A stretch of DNA of 61,820 nucleotides. Origin: Octopus bimaculoides (Eukaryota). The position numbers were made by a program, and so were the translations under genes. The notes beneath the pieces were generated by a model. It saw nothing but the letters and a program-made list of their open reading frames with translations. It was not told where the DNA came from and did no database searches. Positions 51,096-61,820 of the stretch are shown one piece after another. The stretch lies in assembly GCF_001194135.2 (NCBI RefSeq), contig NC_068986.1:7806409-7868228 (forward strand). The letters run 5' to 3'. Position 1 is the first letter of the stretch, and every line of letters begins with the position of its first letter.

Positions 51096-52629
51096 AAAAA
51101 TTATAGCGGAAGAGGTAAATAGATAGATAGACAAGCAAATATATAGTTAGGGAAAGAGAGAGAGAGAAATAATTGAAAATAGTTATAATAATTAAACCCC
51201 ACTCTCAACAGCATACAGAAGTGGCTCGGTGCTTATTGTTCGATACTTTATGCTGCCAACGACACACTCAACAGCTTCATATCTACACAGACTAAAACTC
51301 CAGGCTAAACTTGTTCGGTTATTAGTCGATGTCATCACCGAAATATCGAATTATAAGTTTAAAATGCAAATACTTATTCTCATGTTTCATTTTCTTTTCA
51401 TTGTTTATATCTGCTTTGCATTGCAGTGCATTTCTCACTCACTTTAATTAAAACATTGCTTTTAACTACTTTTTATAGTTATTGAACGGTACTCTTCTTC
51501 CTCAGGGGTGTAATTTACTGTATATGTCTCATCAAAACGTTTATTCACAGAGGTTAAATACATAACTTAATTCGTTTACTGTTATCTACAGAGATTTAAT
51601 CATTTTCGAATACAATTAATCATCCTTTCTAATTAGATTTTGTGTTATCCCGAATCGCCAAACTATCCCTCATAAGTAATAGCTTCTGTTGGGTATGAAC
51701 AGTTGTTTTTTATCGTCGGTAAGGTGCACTATTTTAGTCAATTTAATTTCTAAAGGTAGATGCCCAAATGATAAAAAAACTTAACGTTACATTCAGTGCA
51801 GGATTGTAAAGGATTATAAAGCTGTCGAATGCGTCGGGTTACTAATCAGAGATTTATTCCAATGACGGAAATATGTTCACTGCGATAGATTGTTGTGGTA
51901 CCAAGTAGGTAATTTGTTTGCCAAACTCTGATTATAATGGAATCCATAGATAACTGGTTCTTCTATTGACTGTGACAATTATCAAAATATATAAAAATGT
52001 AAATCTACCAGAAGACGCTAAAGTGCAATCAACACTCTTTCTATAGAATTATCTATTCAATAATTCAATACGACAAAACTATTGCTAAACCTAAGCAAAT
52101 ACAAAATGTTGTATATCTACAGATTGCATACAAATAACCGATATCTGGCTCTACTGGATATTGGCTGCTTGTATAGAAGAGAAATATACGAACAAACTAG
52201 ACCAAAATTTCGGCATTCTCCCTTCCATACCAACATAATTATTGTTAGAATTATACATACATACATACATACATACATACATGCATGCATGCATACATAC
52301 ATTCTTACATACATACGTACATGCATACATATATACATATATATGTGTGTGTGTGTGTGTGTGTGTATACAGATACATACATACGTACATACATACATAT
52401 ATACATATATATGTGTGTGCATATATATGAACGTCTGTCGATAAATGTGTATGTATTTCTATGGTATTCTTCATTGTCAAAGGCATATCACTAAAAGAAG
52501 AACCAACCACACATTTGATATATTCTAATAATTCTTTGCATTATGAAGATATTAGTAAAGATTTAACTGGTCATTTTTTTTTCCCTAATAATTGAACCAA
52601 TACTTTACCTGGTAAAAATTGTTGAAATT

Positions 52630-52727
52630 GCACACGAGGCCAGTAATTTTAGGATGAGTACATTAGTCGGATACATCGATCCCAGTGCATCGATCCCAGT
52701 GCTAACGATTCTACCAGCTCGCCGCTT
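52630..52727 (-). mobile_element. Internally deleted SINE type A
   Basis: Head GCGGCGAGCTGGTAGAATCGTTAGC joined directly to the 3' part, with a tandem CATCGATCCCAGTG duplication at the junction. Confidence 0.7.
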
Positions 52728-52736
52728 TATTATTAT

Positions 52737-54430
<1,694 letters not shown>

Positions 54431-55108
54431 TCTATGTAATCTCCAAAATATTTTAATCTGTAAACAGTGTCAAAATACTTTTAAATGGACGTAATAGCAA
54501 ACAGCTTCCATTGTCATCTTAACATCACACTATCGTCTTATAATCAAATTACTTTTAAAACAAACTTCTAATTTTCTGTTTTCAAAGATATATGCACTAC
54601 TATTCCAACAAGCAGCAAAGACTAACATGCTGGGTGTGTGCATGCAGGCTTATTTCGTTATACCAAGTAGTCTGCAATGATTAGAGCGGATTGTGTATTA
54701 GAAGTATTGTCCACAAACTTCAGATTAACATTAAGGTCTGTGTCCACACAAATGTCACACCCAAAATATCACGCTTACCTTCAATGCCACGTGACAGAGC
54801 TTTGAGAATGTCAGAATTAATGAGTCTCTCTACATTGATAAACTGAATCTGTCTATTAACAATAGATAAGAATCGCACGAAGTGTATTGTCTACTATAAC
54901 AATAGTAAAGACCATGCATGTCGTAAGCTGTCCTCCGACTTAACTGTAGAAGTTGCCAACTCTTTAGCAGCCTCCATTGTCTCTTTATAAAAAGTGGTTT
55001 AACTTTGAAATATCAAAATATAAATATAATGTCAAGTGCAAACTGTTGTTTTGTTTTCCTTACTTCTGGCGTTTCAAAAGAATTTAACAAATATCTGTGT
55101 ATGTGAGC

Positions 55109-55146
<38 letters not shown>

Positions 55147-56656
55147 AGGAGAAGGACGGACAGAGAGAGGGAGGAAGGGAGGAATAGAGAGAGAGAGACA
55201 GACAGACAGAGTATGTACGAGTGTATATTATCCAATTTGCATAAGATCTATATCAGTTCTTATCCGCCTATTTGTCGCTTGACTACAGAAATGCAATAAC
55301 ATTGTATTCGGTTACAACTGAATTTATTCTTTAAATATAAGTTATGTAATAAACAACTTGTATAATTATCATATTGCATGAAATGCATGATATCATATAA
55401 AGTATGTCTGTATGTATACATATATATGTGTGTGTTCGTGTAGTTATATGGGTGTTTGTGTATATATGTGTATGCCTTAGTTCGTGAATGTGTGTACGCG
55501 CGCGCGTAGGCGCCTAACCAATCTTTGAACAATTCTAGCTTTAATGGACAAGCCAATGCACTTGATACATAATACTCCGTTAAACAAATGTCAATTATAT
55601 AAAATTGTCAGAATCGCTTATAAGGTTGGAGTGGTTTATTTCTGCTGGTCTTCAATAAAGATAATATTTAATGAGATTATAACAACACAAATTTATTTCG
55701 GAAAGAAAATGCCTTTTAGCTTTTCATTCGTATACGACCCATTGGGTGACTAAAGTGTACTAACTTTGATACGCTTTGTTGAGCCTCTATTATTGATCGT
55801 TGATTCCGGCACAGAAACACAAGAAAGCCTAATATTCTCTCGATAGATGTATAAGCATTCATTTCCAGCTCATAACAATATTTGCTTTTGTCAAATAGAT
55901 TGAGAGCTGCCTTTGATCATCATGCTATATTTTCAGACCAGAAAGGAAGAGCTGAGGTAGCAAATTCATGTACGTCCATAGGTTTATTTGTTTGTTCATG
56001 TTCATAGAAATGCCCATTTGCGCGTGTTTATAGAAGATTCAAACATCTAACATACTGTTACTCTGAGTTCAATAATAGAACTTAGTGGCCATCTGATAAA
56101 TTCCTCGATTAAGCTTTATAATACTGCTTAATAAACATTCATAAACACATGAGCACACGTACGCATACATACACGAGTAAACAGGAACACATACATACAC
56201 GAACTTGCGTACACGCACACACACACACATACACACACACACACATACACACACACACATTGAAATATTTAACTTAGGTCAAAGAAAATAAAGAAATTTT
56301 CATATTACTGTGTATTGCGGCCGGCAATAAATTGCATGTATATAAGATAGTCCTATAATCATTAGGAAGATAGCCATACTAACTGGGATTAGCTCAAGGT
56401 GGTTGTGGTTGATAAGGAACCACAAATGAAACCCTTCCGTTGGCGAATACTGATTTAATCCTTGTCTCTCCAATCAGGTGAAGTGTACAAGCAAGATGAA
56501 ACGCATATGACCGTTAGATACCTGTTGAAGATAGCGGAAGAGTTCAAAGATTACCATAGATTTAGTTACCTGTCAGAAAACTGTTTGCAATGTAGTTAAG
56601 TAAAACCTGCTGTTTGTAATTGACGCAAAGCATGTTTGAAGTTTACTTTAACGATG

Positions 56657-56709
<53 letters not shown>

Positions 56710-57528
56710 GTCTGTCTGTCTCTCTACTTATGTGTATGTATGTATGCATGTATATGTGTATGTATTTATATTAACACATGTATATTACGCATTTACACAC
56801 ACACACACACACACACACATACATACATACATACATACATACATACATAAATGATAAATGCACACACGCACGCGCGAATACGTGTGTGTATGATGTATGT
56901 ATGTGTGTGTGGAAACGTTCGTGAGTCTTGCGGGAGCATGGATCTGCTACTGGAAGTTTTTGTTTCCATGATTTGGGTGGAACAGCATCTGCTGTGGCTG
57001 TAGTTAAACACATATCAGTAAAAGTCTTGGCTTCTGTGTCTCCCTTCAATGTGGTATCCGCCATTCTTAGCTCGGTCTTAACCCGTTTGCCTTCGGACTG
57101 TTGTTTTCTGTAGTGATTATCAGTCTATTTTGGCAATTTAAATCAGAGCTTTGACTGTTATTTCCAGCAGGTAGACAAATTTAGTATGCCCTTTGATTAA
57201 TTTTAATCCTTCAGCTGTATATATATTTTTGTATATATATATATATATAAATATATATGTATAAACAATATATGAGTATGTGCATATATATGTACATGTA
57301 TGTATATACGTTCATCCACATGTACATATAGATACATAACTGGGTACATGACGTGGCAAAAGAACAAGGACAAAAATGGTAAGCAAGGTGCAACAAACAA
57401 GCAGGCCACATAGAAACATCCCCTTCATCAGCTGCCACCATTAAAACTCCGGCGTTTCGAAGAATTAAGGCAGTACTCATCGTTAAAATGGTTATTCCCA
57501 CGAACACAAATTAAATTGTTTTCGTGGA

Positions 57529-57550
57529 GGGTTAGGGTTAGGGTTAGGGT

Positions 57551-57552
<2 letters not shown>
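57529..57552 (+). repeat. Short interstitial (TTAGGG)n
   Basis: GGGTTAGGGTTAGGGTTAGGGTTA. Confidence 0.8.
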
Positions 57553-57626
<74 letters not shown>

Positions 57627-57959
57627 TGTGTGTGTGTACCATCAATTTTAATTTCAATTAATTATAAAATTTATGGATTTGCCCATTATCGGCTTAAATG
57701 CTCGCTGGCCACTTATGTTACTATTAGTAATATTATTTATTTACTTAGAATAATCTAAAAATTCGAAATGATATTACACATGAGTATCTATTGGCTCATT
57801 CTGTGGCTGTCAGGCGCGATAGTAAGTTAGTTTCTTTGCTCGTTACCCGATTTCTGTCGACCTGTTGTATTTTCATTGAAATGATAGCTTATTAGATGAT
57901 TTTTCGAATCTTATTTTTAGCAATTCTGATACCTCGTGTACCCTCAATTATAATTATTA

Positions 57960-58129
<170 letters not shown>

Positions 58130-58538
58130 NNNNNNNNNNNNNNNNNNNNNNNNNNNNNNNNNNNNNNNNNNNNNNNNNNNNNNNNNNNNNNNNNNNNNNN
58201 NNNNNNNNNNNNNNNNNNNNNNNNNNNNNNNNNNNNNNNNNNNNNNNNNNNNNNNNNNNNNNNNNNNNNNNNNNNNNNNNNNNNNNNNNNNNNNNNNNNN
58301 NNNNNNNNNNNNNNNNNNNNNNNNNNNNNNNNNNNNNNNNNNNNNNNNNNNNNNNNNNNNNNNNNNNNNNNNNNNNNNNNNNNNNNNNNNNNNNNNNNNN
58401 NNNNNNNNNNNNNNNNNNNNNNNNNNNNNNNNNNNNNNNNNNNNNNNNNNNNNNNNNNNNNNNNNNNNNNNNNNNNNNNNNNNNNNNNNNNNNNNNNNNN
58501 NNNNNNNNNNNNNNNNNNNNNNNNNNNNNNNNNNNNNN

Positions 58539-58950
58539 AACGATCATGAAGAAAAAAAATGCTTTCTAATTGATGTATCAATACCAGCAGATGACAACGT
58601 TTCTCTACAAGAAAAGGAGAAACTTTCAAAATACAAAGACCTGGAAATAGAGGTAACTCGAATGTGAAATCTAAAATCAGAAAGAATTCCTATCATAGTA
58701 GGTGCCTTAGGTATAATAAAAAAATATTCAGACAAATACATAACAAAAACACCAGGACTTACAAATATATATAACATACAGAAAATTGCACTACTGGGCA
58801 CAGCACACATCCTACGCAAAACACTTTCAATACAGTAACCATAAGAGTACCACAGCAAACCACAGCACATACCCAAGGCGCACAGAGCTGCGCTCGGTAG
58901 TGAAGTGATAGCACGTTATAAAAAAAAAACTACTGAACAACAACAATAAT
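58539..58950 (+). mobile_element. R4/Dong-like RLE 3' end with 3' UTR, relatively young
   Basis: CFLIDVSIPADDNVSLQEKEKLSKYKDLEIEVTRM*NLK..IPIIVGALG..IQKIALLGTAHILRKTL. Confidence 0.92.
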
Positions 58951-59669
58951 AATAGCTTGACAAATATTTATTTGAATGTCTACTCATTCATGGAAAAGTA
59001 TATTTATATGTGTGTATGTGTATATATATATTGAGAAAAACAGTCGTCAGAATTTTGTAAAAAAATCTTTTTATTTCTCTTCATTATTATTAGTGCTTTC
59101 GTTACTTTCTCGAGCTTGTCAAATAAAATTTTGTGAATGTACAAACAACTTGTTCATTTATATAAAACAGATATTTTTGGTGGGGTTTTGCTTAGAAGAG
59201 AACATTGTTTTTGTTTTTTGGGGGTAAGGTTCCATCACAATGGAGATACATTTCTTTTATTAGCCACACAGGGCTCAACGAAGATGGGACAAATACAACG
59301 TAGAGCTTTTCTTTTTGGGAGGGGGAAGGAAAAAAAAGTGGTGGTGTCGATCAAAAGGGATCGTAGGAAGGGAAAAAGGGGGAGTTCGATCAAAAGGGAT
59401 CGAAAAAAAAAAAAGGAAAGGCCGATCAATAGGGATCGTGTATCACACAGTATCACAATGGAGATAGATAGGAATGTAGATAGGTAAATAGGCTGATGGA
59501 TAGATAGATAGATAGATAGGGAAAGAGAGAAGGGGGATCCCCTTCCTACTCACCGTTCATTCAGTCAGTTATTTATGTATTTAGTCTTTTACCATTGTTC
59601 CCACTTTCATTCTTTTTCTCCTCTTTGAGTTATGTTTAGAATGCAAAATGTGCTGTCACTCCTTCCAAA

Positions 59670-59781
59670 CCTTCATTTTTGGAGGGAATTTTTTGATGAA
59701 ATGTAGTCCTGCATGAAAAAACATATTCGTATGATATTTGCAAATTAACAATTTGAAAATCAATCAATAAATAAAATAAAA

Positions 59782-59840
<59 letters not shown>

Positions 59841-59975
59841 GCATACGTAAAGCTAGAACATCCCAATGCTACACATATATATTTGAACATTTGAATAGAT
59901 GTGCTACATTTGGAATAAGGAATTCAAATTCTCCACTTTACCTTCAAACATTCAATTTTAGGGAGGATTCCTTGA
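59670..59975 (-). mobile_element. Two further copies of the PLE endonuclease C-terminal end (pLTR-like tandem)
   Basis: HFIKKFPPKMK (~59672-59706) and HFIKESSLKLNV (~59945-59975), versus HFTKKFSLKLN at ~60365-60397. Confidence 0.6.
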
Positions 59976-59977
59976 TG

Positions 59978-60030
<53 letters not shown>

Positions 60031-60184
60031 GGAACACGCTCATGTTTATATTGTGTAACTTCGATCACGCCTCTTTCAATTTCATGATTTTGCGTTAGAG
60101 AACATTAGTATAACACAGAATGTACTTTAGAAATAACACATTTCTAAATCTTTCAGAGAGGTTTATGCAGTAGTGATACGAAGA

Positions 60185-60331
60185 AGTAGGTGTATGCTGT
60201 CAACTTAATGTGACAGTCCCTGAAGGGAATAATACTACTCTTGGTTAGCGGTGCAGCTTCTTAGGTCTAATCAACAGTAGTATTATTCCCTTCAGGGGAC
60301 TGTCACATTAAGTTGACAGCATACAGCTACT
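60185..60331. repeat. Near-perfect long hairpin
   Basis: 60191-60239 pairs with 60276-60325 (one indel); the stem extends imperfectly to an ~18-nt loop. Confidence 0.92.
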
Positions 60332-60361
60332 ACAAAATGTACTGTCTCTGCTTTTCTTTCA

Positions 60362-61300
60362 AACATTCAATTTTAGAGAGAATTTTTTGGTGAAATGTTT
60401 TTCGGTGTTGTTTTTCAGTATTACGGATCGGGACGTACACATTTGTAAAAGGAAAAAAATCTTGTCTTTTCCGTTGCTGCACATTTCCAGATGCTTACTT
60501 AATGGAATCTTGCGTTATTCCTCTGGTCGGATATGTTGCCTTTGGATTCTTGCACGTTGGCAGAGGGAATTATTTGTTTCGCCAATGTAATTTTCTTTGC
60601 AGTTTGGTCAGGTAATGCAGTATATGATGTTTTGCGTTTTGCAGTTCATATCTGCATTTATTTTGAAAAGGGATCCGCTCTTGAATTTTATGTGGGAACC
60701 GCTTTCACATCTCCTACCTCCACATTCTTTTACTAAGAATTCTGATTCATTCTATGATTTGAATTCTGCCCTTTCAAAATTTTTCGGTTGGCGTCTGCTA
60801 TTCCGTAAGGTGTTTTTTCAATCAGAGTTTTCATTTTGGGGGTTTGAAGGAGTATAGGTAATTTCCATTTTATGGCGTGAAAGATGTTGGTTATTCCAGG
60901 ACTGTGAGTGTTAACGAACAGAATTGTGTTTTCATTAATTTTTTCCTTAGGTGTCTGTAGTTGGGTGATGTTCAGTTTCATCGCCTTTTTAATTCCCTCA
61001 TTAATTAATCCTAAGGGATATTTCTGCATTGTGAGGAAGCCTTTGAGTTCGTTGAGTCGGATTTCATGTATTTTGGGGTCAGTCGCTATAGCACAGATGC
61101 ATTTGCCATGCTGTATGGGATGTTTCTTTTGATGTGTGAGGGATGGCAAGAGTAGAAATTTAAATATTGCTGTGACAGTTTTTTGTAAAATATGTCTGTT
61201 GCGACGGTGGAGTTCTGTATTTTTATGTGGATATCCAGAAATGGTAGTTCATTGCAACTGGATTCTGTCGTGAATTTGATGGATAGGTGAAGTGTGTTCA
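60362..61300 (-). mobile_element. Penelope-like element: RT thumb + GIY-YIG endonuclease (best-preserved PLE here)
   Basis: IKFTTE..LPFLD, TDIFYK, HP..RLNELKGFL..KYPLGLINEGIKKA, CKTQNIIYCIT*PNCKENYIGET, KHFTKKFSLKLN. Confidence 0.92.
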
Positions 61301-61309
61301 GTATATTAC

Positions 61310-61525
61310 TCTATTACTCTTTTACTTGTTTCAGTCATTTGACTGTGGTCATGCTGGAGCACCACCTTTAGTCGAGCAAATTGACCCCATTACTTATCCT
61401 TTGTAAGCCTAGTACTTATTCTATCAGACTCTTTTACCGAACTGCTAAGTTACGGGGACGTAAACACACCAGCATCGGTTGTCAAGCGATGTTGGGGGGA
61501 CAAACACAGCCACACAAACATATAC
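61310..61525 (-). mobile_element. CORE-type SINE 3' half, well conserved
   Basis: Homologous to 46300-46510; truncates the PLE 5' side. Confidence 0.9.
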
Positions 61526-61762
61526 ACACACGTACATATATATATGTTTTTCTTCCAAGTATCCCATAACTAAGTTCGCATATATGTATGTATGTATGGA
61601 TGTATGTATGTATGTATGTATGTATGTATATGTTAGAAGGTTTGGAAGTGATGTACAGGAAATATATATTAGAAAAAATAATCTCCAGAGATTCTACATG
61701 AATAGATGCAAGCGCTAATTTATAAAAACATGTGACATATTAATAAAAATCTGTAATATGTC

Positions 61763-61809
<47 letters not shown>

Positions 61810-61820
61810 ATATCTATATA

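Noticed and set aside
57420-57465. Type II hammerhead formed by GAAAC...CTGATGA on the minus strand
   Set aside because: Only ~22 nt lie between the cores, too short for stems III and I, and there is no correctly placed NUH.

Overview
Repeat-dominated, AT-rich eukaryotic (metazoan) DNA with about 13 N-gaps. No host gene, rRNA, true tRNA or CRISPR array can be supported. The SINE types and the density of microsatellites suggest a coleoid cephalopod (Octopus-like) genome; this is an inference and was not checked. All recognisable coding is decayed transposon: seven R4/Dong-like RLE LINE pieces (six abut triplet arrays, mostly AAT-type), CR1-group and RTE LINE remnants, two L1/Tx1-type ORF1 (gag-like) remnants, two mariner remnants, at least five Penelope-like (GIY-YIG) remnants, three tRNA-derived SINE types and one non-autonomous Helitron-like element. 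The main discovery is a set of type I hammerhead ribozyme (HHR) motifs with palindromic stem III, folded by hand. The best one (16634-16710) has a U3-A8 covariant core and a long bulged stem I, and sits in a structured ~361-bp head-to-tail repeat, making it a candidate retrozyme/circRNA unit. Further HHR motifs lie at 8229-8265, 48596-48654 and 48880-48915, and in both arms of a 2.8-kb inverted-repeat Penelope-like element. Family calls come from manual translation and motif recognition, not database searches. Most boundaries are approximate (+/-20-50 bp).
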